Origin: Candidatus Bathyarchaeia archaeon
GTDB taxonomy: Archaea; Thermoproteota; CALKCG01; B24
Assembly (NCBI GenBank): GCA_038870975.1
Contig: JAVZJD010000001.1
Location: 576,001-640,000 of the forward strand
Direction: 5' to 3'
Length of the DNA: 64,000 nt
Notes under the pieces: generated by a model
What the model was told of the DNA's origin: nothing
Database searches by the model: none
What the model saw: the letters and a program-made list of their open reading frames with translations, nothing else
Position numbers and translations under genes: made by a program
In this document: piece by piece, positions 19,912 to 30,045 of the stretch
Layout of the letters: each line of letters starts with the position of its first letter
Numbering within the stretch: the first letter of the stretch is position 1

Positions 19912-20772
19912 TTACTCAGTCGGCTTCAGTATCTTACGGATTATCTCCTCCATTTCTTTTGTATCGAATACTTTCCTCCAATCTGGTTTTAAAATCCTAT
20001 CGCAACCATATCTTATGGCATTCTCAGCAGCTTTAGAGATTTTATGAGAGGATTCTTCGAATAAAACAGCCAGTAAAATTCTAATATGCCCGAGTAAAAA
20101 CGCCCGAGCTGCTTCTTCTGAGACGCCGTGTTTCACAACCTCATTAAACGCTTCCCTCATAAGATAGGATGCTGCTCCTATAATAACTTCTGAGGCTATT
20201 GGTTCAAGGATAGCCATTTCATCGACGGTTAACCTGTAACAGTTAACCACTGGTGCAAATATTTCCCTACAGATTCTCTCAGCGATCTTAAAATTTTCCT
20301 CTCTCCCATGCAGTAAAGCTATCACTATATCCTGTTTAGCGACCCCCCCAAAGAAGTCTCTATATGCTTCTGCCGACTCCTGATCTTGGAAAAGTTGAGG
20401 ATGGCACGGATGTGCTATGACGAAGCTACAGTCATCCCTTAAATATACATCCCCTATATACGCGGCCGCAGCATCCAGTAGAATCATAGTGGCATTTCTT
20501 TTCATCAGTGGAACAATTATTCTAGATAAATCACTTATCTTATCATCTGGAACAGTCATGATGACTACATCGCTTATCGGAACCGCTTTCTCCATTTCAA
20601 CGGCTTTAAACCCTTTTTTCTGAAGCCTGATAAGTCCTTCGTCTTTTTCACATAGAAGAACATTATAGTCTCCCTTAAGTAGTCTGTCTGTAATATAGCT
20701 ACCAGCCGTTCCCCCAGCACCTATAATTGTAACGGTTAGTTTCCCTCGGCTCTCTCCCAATTCAGCTTTCAT
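19912..20772 (-). CDS. apnO: D-apionate oxidoisomerase-like protein (Rossmann + PGDH_C)
   Basis: IIGAGG Rossmann fold; LDAAA, HPCHP, DFFGG-x-AKQ-x-IV-x-AL and MAILEP motifs typical of the ApnO family. Confidence 0.75.
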   Translation of the reverse strand: MKAELGESRGKLTVTIIGAGGTAGSYITDRLLKGDYNVLLCEKDEGLIRLQKKGFKAVEMEKAVPISDVVIMTVPDDKISDLSRIIVPLMKRNATMILLDAAAAYIGDVYLRDDCSFVIAHPCHPQLFQDQESAEAYRDFFGGVAKQDIVIALLHGREENFKIAERICREIFAPVVNCYRLTVDEMAILEPIASEVIIGAASYLMREAFNEVVKHGVSEEAARAFLLGHIRILLAVLFEESSHKISKAAENAIRYGCDRILKPDWRKVFDTKEMEEIIRKILKPTE

Positions 20773-21584
20773 TCCAGCATCCTCCTCTTTAAATACTCAA
20801 TACTTCTAATAGCCCACTCTTCTTCTTTTAATATTGTTTTTTCTATTGACCCTAGAAACGGTACCCACAATTCTACTATTACATTTGGCGTTCTCCCTTT
20901 ACGTTTCAAAACTTTAAAAAGCCAATCGACGTTCAGTTTCCCCCCACCTACAGGACGGCCGACCACTTTAAACCCCATTCTATGTTTAACTCTTAATATG
21001 TCGAAATCCTTTAGGTGTAGATTTATCGTGAAAGATGCAAGCCTGTTTACAACCTCCTCTAAACCTTCTAGAGCACCGAACGAATTGACCGTATCTAGAC
21101 AAACTCCAACATAAGAGCTGCCTAGCCTCTTCACGAGAAGGGCCAGTTCTTTTGATTTAAATTGTTCATAGTTTTCTAAGGCTATGTAAACACCGTCCTT
21201 TTCAAACAGGGGAAGAACAGGTTTAATCTGTGTTATCATCTTATTTAAACTCGGTTTTTCACCAGGGACTTCAAATACCGTTCGAAGCAATTTCGCATTC
21301 AACTTTTTCGCTATCCTTAGATACGTTAGTAGGTTTTCAGGCTCAATTCCACGTGTACCAACTTCAATTTTAATCCCCATATCAAAGGCAATTTTTGAAA
21401 GATCGTTCAGTGCTTCATCTTCCATCCTATGTAGGGGGAAATTGTCACATATTTGAACAACATTAACCCCTAAAGATTCAGCTTTCTCCAGTAATCTTAT
21501 AGCGTTTAAGGGAGTTTTAAGTTGAGGATATCCTTGAACACCGAAAGCCCATGGAAAAGTATAGGAACTTATACCCAATTCCAT
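20769..21584 (-). CDS. Xylose-isomerase-like TIM barrel, 3-oxo-isoapionate decarboxylase (OiaC)-like
   Basis: GISSY-x-F-x-W, VQICD, EVGTRG, ALENYE, CLDTVN, HLKDF; 4-nt overlap with the apnO-like gene. Confidence 0.65.
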   Translation of the reverse strand: MELGISSYTFPWAFGVQGYPQLKTPLNAIRLLEKAESLGVNVVQICDNFPLHRMEDEALNDLSKIAFDMGIKIEVGTRGIEPENLLTYLRIAKKLNAKLLRTVFEVPGEKPSLNKMITQIKPVLPLFEKDGVYIALENYEQFKSKELALLVKRLGSSYVGVCLDTVNSFGALEGLEEVVNRLASFTINLHLKDFDILRVKHRMGFKVVGRPVGGGKLNVDWLFKVLKRKGRTPNVIVELWVPFLGSIEKTILKEEEWAIRSIEYLKRRMLE

Positions 21585-21678
21585 TTATACAGCCTCCGTT
21601 GCATTCTACAATTAAATTTCAACGCTGGTTAAATTTAATAATTAACCGATGAAGATTCTGGTTTAAAGAGGTGGTGAT

Positions 21679-22680
21679 TTGAACTCTTTAACTATCGGTT
21701 ATAAAACCTGCCATGAACAGTATCAACCCGATAAACTTCTAGCACACGCCGTTTTAGCTGAAGAATACGGTTTTGAAACACTTTGGACAAGCGACCATTT
21801 CCACCCGTGGGCTCATACTGGAGCAGCCGGAGGTTTTGCCTGGACGTGGATAGCTTCAGCTGCTGAGAGAACGAAAAAGATTAAAATTGGAACGGCTGTA
21901 ACTGCGCCTATTCTTAGGTATCATCCGGCAATCGTTGCTCAAGCTTTTGCAACTCTCGCCTATATGTATCCCGATAGAATATTTCTCGGGCTTGGTGCAG
22001 GTGAGGCGTTAAATGAATCTCCCTTGGGGTATGTTTGGCCTACTCCAAAACAGCGTGTTGAAATGCTTGAAGAAGCGATAGTCATTATTAAGAAACTGTG
22101 GAGCGGAAAATTCATAACCTTTAGAGGAAAATACTATAGGTTGAAGAAGGCGAAACTATACACTACGCCAGTAAGGCCCATAAAAATTTACGTAGCTGCT
22201 GGTGGACCTAAAGTTGCAGAATTAGCTGGGAGACATGCCGATGGAATCCTTACAGGTCCTGGAGGATTGAAGATTTTTAGAGAGCTATTTCACGCTTTTG
22301 AAGAAGGGGCGAAGAAGGTTGGTAGAAAACCTGAGCTATTAGAAAAGGTGGTGGAACTCCTAGTCTCATACGATGAAGACTACGAGAAAGCGTTAAAATC
22401 GTGTAGATTCTGGAGAGGGTCTATGTTACCTCTCTTCTTTAAATATGATATATCTGATCCTAGAGAAATAGAAGAGCATGGAAAACTCGTCGGAGATGAA
22501 GCATTGGCTGAAAGATGGATAATTGCAACGACGGCAGATGAACATATTGAAGTAATAGAGAAGTACGTTAAAGCGGGTTTTAACCATATATACTTTGTAA
22601 GTTCAAGCCCAGATGAGAAAAAGTTCATAAAATTCTACGGAGAGAAGGTTCTACCATATTTTAGACAATATTCAAAATAA
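21679..22680 (+). CDS. F420-dependent LLM dehydrogenase (Fgd/Adf sugar-6-phosphate or alcohol dehydrogenase family)
   Basis: HEQ, SDHFHPW, RYHPAIVAQAFATL, GAGEALNE, AAGGPK. Confidence 0.85.
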   Translation: MNSLTIGYKTCHEQYQPDKLLAHAVLAEEYGFETLWTSDHFHPWAHTGAAGGFAWTWIASAAERTKKIKIGTAVTAPILRYHPAIVAQAFATLAYMYPDRIFLGLGAGEALNESPLGYVWPTPKQRVEMLEEAIVIIKKLWSGKFITFRGKYYRLKKAKLYTTPVRPIKIYVAAGGPKVAELAGRHADGILTGPGGLKIFRELFHAFEEGAKKVGRKPELLEKVVELLVSYDEDYEKALKSCRFWRGSMLPLFFKYDISDPREIEEHGKLVGDEALAERWIIATTADEHIEVIEKYVKAGFNHIYFVSSSPDEKKFIKFYGEKVLPYFRQYSK

Positions 22681-22880
22681 CCATCGTTTTCAATTTGACA
22701 TCCATATTAGAAGGCGTTGAAAAATATCCATAGACAAGTGAAACTTGCCACTTCTCCTATTATTATGCTTAAAATAAAAATACTTCATAATTTTATATTG
22801 AAGAGTACATTTCTCTTAAAACTAATAGCTATCCAGTAAAATTATACGTCTTAGAAACACATTTAACAGATGGTGTTAGT

Positions 22881-24197
22881 TTGCCAGAAGAAAGTATGGT
22901 GAAAGTGGTTCCAGAGGAGATTGACGATCTACTAGCGAATCCTGATATGGGTTGGCAGACCTTCCACTGTTTCGCCGACGAAGATGAGACCTTAGAAGGG
23001 TTGCCAAGTACTTCAGCCTACTTCAGATTCTACTGGGCTGAAATCGAGCCAACTGAAGGCGAAATAGACTATCCAAAGTTTGACTATCTGTTATCACGTG
23101 CAAGAAAAGCTGGTCAAAAACTAGCCTTTCGCATTATGTGCGCTGGAACTGGAAGTAGTTATATGTATGTTCCACGTTGGCTGAAAGATAAAGGTTGTAG
23201 AGGTTTTGAGTATCAATACCGGGAAGGGAGCAGTTTAAAGTACTGGATACCGGACATGGATGACCCGATTTTTCAAGATGCACATTTTAGACTACTCGAA
23301 GAACTTGGAAGACGATATGACGGACATCCAGACTTAGGTCTCGTAGACATAGGCTCTGTTGGACTCTGGGGTGAGTGGCATATGAGCGGTACAGGCTTAA
23401 GCCTTCCCAGTCTCAAAACGCGTTTTGCTGTAATTGATACATATTGTGAAGCATTCCCAAAAACGCCTAAACTCATTAATATAGATGATGAAGACGGTAT
23501 GAGGTATGCTATACGTAAAGGCTGTGGTTGGCGTGCCGACTGTCTAGGCGACATGGGTGGCTTCTCGAAGAATTGGAACCATATGGAGCATTTCTACCCG
23601 CAACAGATTAGTAAGACTGGTGCTGAAGAAGCTTGGAAGATAATGCCAGTTGCTTTCGAAAGTTGCTGGGATATGAGAAAATGGAAGCAAGAAGGCTGGG
23701 ACATACACTACATTTTCGATTATGCTCTTAAATACCATGTCAGCTACTTTAACAATAAATCTACACCAATCCCTGTAAATACAAGACAAGAAGTTGAATA
23801 CTTTCTCAGAAGAATTGGCTATCGTCTTGTTCTAAGGGAACTTGAGAATAGTAGAGCTATAACGCCGGATTCACCGCTTTTAATTCACATGATTTGGGAG
23901 AACGTTGGCGTTGCACCACCATACAGAGATAGTTTACTCGCCTTTCGGTTAAAGAGCTTAGAGAGTAGAGAGGTGAAAGTATTCATAAGTCAAACATCGA
24001 TAAAAGGCTGGATGCCAGGTAGAATAGAGGTGACTACGTGGCTTAGGGTTTCTGATGATCTTAAACCTGGACCGTATGAATTAGCGATCGCTATTGTAGA
24101 CCCGGAGCTTAAGATTCCAACCATAAGAGTAGCTATAGCTGGACGCGCTGAAGATGGATGGTATCCTCTAAGTCGAGTTGAAGTAGAGAGTAGATAA
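22881..24197 (+). CDS. DUF4832/DUF4874-type putative glycoside hydrolase (GH-A-like TIM barrel)
   Basis: NP-x-MG, Y-x-R-x-x-W-x-x-IEP-x-EG, LG-x-RYDG, G-x-WGEWH, GYRLVL, EN-x-GVAP-x-Y. Confidence 0.7.
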   Translation: MPEESMVKVVPEEIDDLLANPDMGWQTFHCFADEDETLEGLPSTSAYFRFYWAEIEPTEGEIDYPKFDYLLSRARKAGQKLAFRIMCAGTGSSYMYVPRWLKDKGCRGFEYQYREGSSLKYWIPDMDDPIFQDAHFRLLEELGRRYDGHPDLGLVDIGSVGLWGEWHMSGTGLSLPSLKTRFAVIDTYCEAFPKTPKLINIDDEDGMRYAIRKGCGWRADCLGDMGGFSKNWNHMEHFYPQQISKTGAEEAWKIMPVAFESCWDMRKWKQEGWDIHYIFDYALKYHVSYFNNKSTPIPVNTRQEVEYFLRRIGYRLVLRELENSRAITPDSPLLIHMIWENVGVAPPYRDSLLAFRLKSLESREVKVFISQTSIKGWMPGRIEVTTWLRVSDDLKPGPYELAIAIVDPELKIPTIRVAIAGRAEDGWYPLSRVEVESR

Positions 24198-24272
24198 AGT
24201 AAAAGTTTCCTGGAATCCTTCTAAGTTAGACATAAAACCAGCAGTTTAAAAATCTACTTAAATGTTAAGGTT

Positions 24273-25427
24273 TTACTTTTTATGAACAGCTTGGAAAATG
24301 GTCACGGTAAGGCTTATGAATAAGCCTAGAATGTATGGAGCATTCGGCGCATATTCCGATACAAAACCTCCTGTTAATGAGCCTAGGAAATATCCTATAC
24401 CTATGAGGCTTTCGAACAGCCCACCAGCGTAACCTTTCTTAGAACCCCAGTCTTTAAGAAGGGTTGCTATTGAAGACGCATAGAGTACTCCTGCTCCAAA
24501 GCCGAAGAGTGCAAAAGATATGGCAAACATCGAGGCCGTAGAGCCGACTGCTGTTAAAGCTGAAGCAAATGCCATTATTAGCGAGCCAGTTAAAAACATG
24601 AAATGTCTACCGAATTTAGCCTCAATCTTATAAGTTTCAAGGAAGGCTATGAGTCTGAATAGCCCATTAATCAACATTATCAAGCCGACAGTATAAGCGG
24701 GAATTCCTAGGTTGACTGCGTACGCTGGAAAGAGGTTGAATATTATCCCACCGATTGAGGAGAATAGAATTATCTCTATTACAGCTCCAACTATTGAAAC
24801 TCTATTGTTTCCATTTGCTGAAGAGACTTCACTATGTTCAACTAGCCTTTCACCTTTTAACTGCTCTTCAATTAAAATAACCGATAGTAGAGCTAGTATA
24901 AGTGAAGTGGCTGAAGATGCTATGAAAGGCGTTCTAATTCCAAGAGCACTAATCAATGAGCCCCCTATCATAGGTCCTACGATAGTTGCAGAACCCCATG
25001 AAAGGTTGAATCTTCTAAGTGTCTCCTCGATATTTACTTCCGAGACTTCCGTTAGAAGAGCTTCCACGGATGGCCAGAATAGCGCTACTGAGACCCATTC
25101 TAAAGCTTTAATGGGAATAAGCATGTAGGGATCTTCCACTATGCCATATGCTACACAAGATAAACAGTATAGGAAGGTAGAAGTAAGAATGAAGGTTTTC
25201 CTTTTAAATTTATCGGAGAGAATACCTGAGACAAGAGGCATGAAGGAGTATATCAATCCTCCAGTGGCTCCTATAAATCCCAGTAGTAGCGGTGAAGCCT
25301 CCAGTTCCGCTGCATATATAGGTACGGTTATTCCAACAATTCCAGTAAGCATCTGCATTAGAAAAGCCGAGGCCAATAGAAAGCTTGAAGTAAGGCTTTT
25401 GCCGCGTTTTATGCTCTCCATATCCAC
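24273..25427 (-). CDS. MFS transporter
   Basis: About 12 TM segments; GILSDKFKRK motif A. Confidence 0.85.
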   Translation of the reverse strand: MDMESIKRGKSLTSSFLLASAFLMQMLTGIVGITVPIYAAELEASPLLLGFIGATGGLIYSFMPLVSGILSDKFKRKTFILTSTFLYCLSCVAYGIVEDPYMLIPIKALEWVSVALFWPSVEALLTEVSEVNIEETLRRFNLSWGSATIVGPMIGGSLISALGIRTPFIASSATSLILALLSVILIEEQLKGERLVEHSEVSSANGNNRVSIVGAVIEIILFSSIGGIIFNLFPAYAVNLGIPAYTVGLIMLINGLFRLIAFLETYKIEAKFGRHFMFLTGSLIMAFASALTAVGSTASMFAISFALFGFGAGVLYASSIATLLKDWGSKKGYAGGLFESLIGIGYFLGSLTGGFVSEYAPNAPYILGLFISLTVTIFQAVHKK

Positions 25428-25588
25428 TTAGAAAACTCACATTTAAGTACTTACAATATAAATTTATTGTTTAACTTTTACCTGCACCTTCTGAATACCA
25501 TTGCCCTACTAAATGTCTTCACGTGGTTTAAACCATATGCTCTAACTTTTAAATACCATTGGAGATTGCTATTATCACTAGATGACCG

Positions 25589-26746
25589 ATGATTTCAAGA
25601 GATAGAATGATGACTACCATAAACTGTGAAGAGCCTGATCGTGTGCCAGTATATCTTAGACTTTTTGAAAGAAGCTTCTTGATAGACGAGGGCATTGTTT
25701 GGAGAAACCAGTTTGAGAGGGCTAAGATACTTTTACATCTAGACCTTGATGACGCATTGAGTCTTCATGCTCCACTTACGATAAGTTCTGATGTAGACGT
25801 TAAGGTTATTAAAAAGTCTGAGGATGGCGAGAAATATCCGTTGATAGTTAAAGAATATCACACTTCTAGAGGTGTGTTAAAACAAGTTGTAAGAATGACG
25901 AGAGATTGGCCACACGGAGAGGATATTCCAACATTTGATGATTATATCGTTCCAAGGGCTAGGACTAAGAAGTACCTAGTAGAGAGAGAAGAAGACTTAG
26001 ATGCATTATCCGTTTTATTCGCTAGGCCAAGTGGTTTAAAACTTGAAAGCTTTCTAAAAGAGGCTGAGAAGGTTGGAGAGTTTGCTGAAGTAAATGGAGT
26101 TTTAGTAGAGGGCTGGGGACCTATGGGTGGTGACGCCGCAGTATGGCTCTGTGGAATAGAGAAGACTATTAAATGGGCATTCGAAGAGCCTAAACTTATG
26201 GATAGGCTTCTTAAAATAGTGCTAGAGTGGGATCTACAGAGTATAGAACTGCTTTCGAGGACTAAGTGCGTAGATTTAATCGTCCACAGGGGCTGGTATG
26301 AGAATACACACTTCTGGCCTCCAAGACTTTACAGAAAATTCATAGCTCCAATGCTTAAAAAGGAGGCTGAAGAAACTCATAAAAGAGGGTTGAAATTCGG
26401 CTATATCGTAACTACAGGTATTATGCATATTCTTAACGATATTGTAGATTGTGGGGTAGATCTTCTACTAGGTGTCGACCCAATTCAGGACCACGTGGAT
26501 CTAAACGTTGTAAAGGAGAGACTTGACGGGAGAGTATGTATATGGGGCGGTGTAAATTCAGCTGTTACACTTAGATCATCGAGTGAAATTATTGGGAAAG
26601 CTGTAAAGGAGGCTATTGGGAAACTGGCTCCGGGGGGAGGTTTTATTCTCGGGCCAGTAGATGCCGTATTTAAGGATACTCCACCCCAAGGCTTGAAAGC
26701 TTTTATAGATGCTTGGCGTAGAATACATTCATATCCATACCGTTAG
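25589..26746 (+). CDS. Uroporphyrinogen decarboxylase / MtaA-fold family protein
   Basis: EPDRVP N-terminus, CIWGGV, GGGFILG, TPP C-terminus. Confidence 0.75.
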   Translation: MISRDRMMTTINCEEPDRVPVYLRLFERSFLIDEGIVWRNQFERAKILLHLDLDDALSLHAPLTISSDVDVKVIKKSEDGEKYPLIVKEYHTSRGVLKQVVRMTRDWPHGEDIPTFDDYIVPRARTKKYLVEREEDLDALSVLFARPSGLKLESFLKEAEKVGEFAEVNGVLVEGWGPMGGDAAVWLCGIEKTIKWAFEEPKLMDRLLKIVLEWDLQSIELLSRTKCVDLIVHRGWYENTHFWPPRLYRKFIAPMLKKEAEETHKRGLKFGYIVTTGIMHILNDIVDCGVDLLLGVDPIQDHVDLNVVKERLDGRVCIWGGVNSAVTLRSSSEIIGKAVKEAIGKLAPGGGFILGPVDAVFKDTPPQGLKAFIDAWRRIHSYPYR

Positions 26747-26824
26747 TTTCAGATACCGACGTGTTTTAACTTACGTAGAGAAAAAATTAAAGACTGTCTT
26801 CACAAGACAAGTGTCTGTGAAAAT

Positions 26825-27901
26825 ATGCCTACGAGAAGTCCTTCAATATCATGGAGGGAGAACTACCTTAGGACTGTTGAGTTTAGAGAGCCTGAGTATA
26901 TACCATGCCGTATAACAGTTATGTGGCCTCTATGGAATACTTATAGGGAGAAGCTTGAGGAGGTCGCGTTAAGACATCCACTTGTTTTCCCAGGGTTTAA
27001 ACCTGGAGGTGTAAAGTACGGTGTTAAACCCGGCGTTTTAAGAGCCGACCGAAAGGTTAAAGACCCCTTCGGATGCATCTGGAGTTTCAATATAGAGGGG
27101 TTTCAAGGCCAAGTTATACAGCATCCATTGGAAAGTTGGGAGAATTTTAGAGATTATGAAATGCCCGATCCAGAGGATGGAGTCCCCGTTGAGGGCGCTG
27201 AAAAACCCATTCCATGGAATGAAGTATTTTCAAGTTTAGATAAAGCTAGGGCTGAGGGCAATCTAATAACTGCAGGTATGCCCCACGGTTTCTTCTTCCA
27301 GAGACTCTACTACCTTAGGGGGTTTACAAACCTCCTGAGGGATTTCATCCAGAAGCCTCCTCAGATTTACGAATTGATATATAGACTCACAGAATTCAAC
27401 CTCAAACTTGTAGATAAGTTTCTAGAGTACGGCAAGATAGATGTGATCTATTTTGGAGACGACCTTGGTACACAAACCAGAATGCCTATAAGCCCTAGAA
27501 CATTTAGAGAGTTCATATTTCCAAGCTATGCTAAAATATTTCAGAAGATAAGAAGCCGAGGCATTCACGTATATTTGCATACAGATGGACATGTCGTCGA
27601 GGTTTTAAACCAGCTTATGGAGGCTGGTGCCGACATCTTAAACATTCAAGATAGAGTAAACGGCTTAGACAACATAGCTTCCATATGTAAAGGCAAGATT
27701 TGCATAGATCTAGACATAGATAGACAATATCTAGTGCCATTTGGGAAGAGTGAAGACATTAAAAGCTACATCAAACGTATTGTTAAACTTCTCGCTTTAA
27801 AGACGGGTGGATTGATGCTTGAAGCCGAGATACACCCTCCGACACCGTTAGAGAATATAGAGGCTGTAGCTAGTGCTATGGAGACATACATGTGGCTTTA
27901 G
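26825..27901 (+). CDS. Uroporphyrinogen decarboxylase / MtaA-fold family protein
   Basis: GDDLGTQ, ISP-x-x-FR, HTDG, TPLEN. Confidence 0.8.
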   Translation: MPTRSPSISWRENYLRTVEFREPEYIPCRITVMWPLWNTYREKLEEVALRHPLVFPGFKPGGVKYGVKPGVLRADRKVKDPFGCIWSFNIEGFQGQVIQHPLESWENFRDYEMPDPEDGVPVEGAEKPIPWNEVFSSLDKARAEGNLITAGMPHGFFFQRLYYLRGFTNLLRDFIQKPPQIYELIYRLTEFNLKLVDKFLEYGKIDVIYFGDDLGTQTRMPISPRTFREFIFPSYAKIFQKIRSRGIHVYLHTDGHVVEVLNQLMEAGADILNIQDRVNGLDNIASICKGKICIDLDIDRQYLVPFGKSEDIKSYIKRIVKLLALKTGGLMLEAEIHPPTPLENIEAVASAMETYMWL

Positions 27902-28024
27902 ACTCAGCATAGTTATACAAGCATCGTGGATCGGACAATAGATGAAACCTCAATGTTAATAGTCACACAATTTTGAGAATATTTAAATAGCTTGGAATAC
28001 CGTGTCTGAAAGAGGTATACGTAC

Positions 28025-29113
28025 ATGTACGATGAAAAAAGAATCTCAGATAGATTTAACGTAGGAGGTCTTGCAGAGTCTTTTCCAGAGCAGTTTGAAG
28101 AAGCCTATAGAATAGGCTTAGAGTCTACACAGCTTATAGAATTTGAAAAACTCAACCCCAATATGATCCTATTTGCTGGTGTAGGTGGTTCTGCAGTCGG
28201 AGGGGATTTAATCCGAGATTGGCTTAGATTTAAAGTAAGAATTCCAATAGATGTTTACAGAGGATACGACCCGCCAGTTTACATTTCAGATAGGACAGTA
28301 GTATTTGCTATAAGCTATTCTGGAAATACTGAGGAAACGTTAAACTTCATGGTTAAAGCTCATAAACTCGGGTGCAGAGTAATCTCGTTAAGCTCAGGCG
28401 GTCTTATGGAGAAATTGTCTGAGAGACTTAAAATACCTCATGTGAAAGTTCCACCAGGTCTGCTTCCGAGGACTGCTATAGCCTACCTATCCACACCATT
28501 AATACCTATAATCGAAAAACTGGCGGAGGTTGATCTTAAATGGGAAGTTGATGAAACTTTAGAAAACCTAAAAAAGCTTAAGATTAAACTTGCAAGAGCC
28601 GCTCCTACCGAAGAGAATCCTGCTAAAAGACTCGCTGGGATGATCTATGGGAAAATGCCCGTAATATTTGGATACGGGTATCTTTCATCCGTAGCTAGGA
28701 GGTTTAAAAACCAGCTTAATGAGAATAGTAAAGTTACAGCCAGATGGGATGAATTCCCAGAATTAAACCATAACGAGGTTATGGCGTATCAGAAGCCAGA
28801 ATACTACGTGAAAAACCAGTTTATCATATTTTTAAGAGGAAAAATAGAGCCTCCTGAAATCACAGCCAGAATCGAGATCACTAAGGAGATTATGAGGGAA
28901 TCCGTTTCAGGCATCTACGATTTATACGGGTTTGGAAGCTCAATACTTTCAAATATGTACACAGTATTGTACATGGCAGATTTTACATCCATATATCTAG
29001 CTTATCTTAGAAGTGTAGACCCAGGTGATACATCACTAATAGAGGATTTGAAGAAGAAGCTCGACTCATCAATAGGAATGCTCTCCAAGATTAGAAATGA
29101 ATATGAACTCTAG
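28025..29113 (+). CDS. Bifunctional phosphoglucose/phosphomannose isomerase
   Basis: GVGGS, SYSGNTEET, NENSK, PELNHNE. Confidence 0.92.
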   Translation: MYDEKRISDRFNVGGLAESFPEQFEEAYRIGLESTQLIEFEKLNPNMILFAGVGGSAVGGDLIRDWLRFKVRIPIDVYRGYDPPVYISDRTVVFAISYSGNTEETLNFMVKAHKLGCRVISLSSGGLMEKLSERLKIPHVKVPPGLLPRTAIAYLSTPLIPIIEKLAEVDLKWEVDETLENLKKLKIKLARAAPTEENPAKRLAGMIYGKMPVIFGYGYLSSVARRFKNQLNENSKVTARWDEFPELNHNEVMAYQKPEYYVKNQFIIFLRGKIEPPEITARIEITKEIMRESVSGIYDLYGFGSSILSNMYTVLYMADFTSIYLAYLRSVDPGDTSLIEDLKKKLDSSIGMLSKIRNEYEL

Positions 29114-29117
29114 CATT

Positions 29118-29546
29118 TTAGAGGTCGAGTAAAAACCTTAAAATCCATACTCCGTTTTTCTCCTCCACGTTCATCATGTGATAAGTTACTGCTTTAACAC
29201 CGACTTTCTGCTCGTGCTTGTTTGAATCGTAATCCTCACCCCATACTCTAGCCTTAAGCCTATAGCCTTCAGTCGTCTGATGAATACTTTCAATTTTAAA
29301 CTTTGAATAAAGTCTACTGTTTACGTCGAACATCACTAAAAGGCTTTCAAGCCAATTGTAGAGAAGCGATTCTAAGTCGAAGCCTTCAACTTCAACAACT
29401 TCTTCCATTGAAGGTTCAACTTTAGATGTATCGGTCATTACTTCAAACATAGCTAATGCCGCATTTTGAAACGCTTCTTCCAACGATGAGCCATAAGCTT
29501 CTATTAAAGCATCACCCATATGGGGAAGAAACTTAAACCTATTCAT
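29118..29546 (-). CDS. Archease (RtcB cofactor)
   Basis: H-x-x-D N-terminus, KAVTYH, LDL C-terminus. Confidence 0.92.
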   Translation of the reverse strand: MNRFKFLPHMGDALIEAYGSSLEEAFQNAALAMFEVMTDTSKVEPSMEEVVEVEGFDLESLLYNWLESLLVMFDVNSRLYSKFKIESIHQTTEGYRLKARVWGEDYDSNKHEQKVGVKAVTYHMMNVEEKNGVWILRFLLDL

Positions 29547-29594
29547 AACGATAAATAAAGTTGTAAAGTGGCGCTTAAACTTTCCAGTTCAGAA

Positions 29595-29942
29595 CTAAGT
29601 AAGTTTAAACTTTTCGATGTTTTCTCTAATCCTCTTCCAGTCCACAATCTTAGTAACGATTACTCTAAGGTGTTCTTTCATGAGCTTCATAGCGGCTTCA
29701 CTTCCAAGTCTACTGTTATTCCAAGTTACGAATGGTGGGTAGAACATAGCTTCCTTAAACACAGGAGAGCCTTCTTTAATATCGAATTTTATATACCCAA
29801 GCTCTCTCAGGTAGCATGAGTCGTTTGGACATAGAATATCTATCTCCTTCATCTCCATCTTCAGGAAAAGCAGTTTAAACTCCTGCGGATTTGTAATGAT
29901 TCTTCCACATGGACACTGAAGAGTTGGGGCCTGCTCGCTCAC
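29595..29942 (-). CDS. Hypothetical protein, possible Zn-binding
   Basis: CPC...CPNDSC; SD-like GGTGA before GTG; co-oriented with archease. Confidence 0.6.
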   Translation of the reverse strand: MSEQAPTLQCPCGRIITNPQEFKLLFLKMEMKEIDILCPNDSCYLRELGYIKFDIKEGSPVFKEAMFYPPFVTWNNSRLGSEAAMKLMKEHLRVIVTKIVDWKRIRENIEKFKLT

Positions 29943-30045
29943 AGACTCACCGAGAAGAAGAATACCTATACTATAAGTTAAAGTTTTCCCTATCGATCCG
30001 ACTTAAGCAATTATTTATAGTAGAGTTCTACGAATAGTCTTCTAG

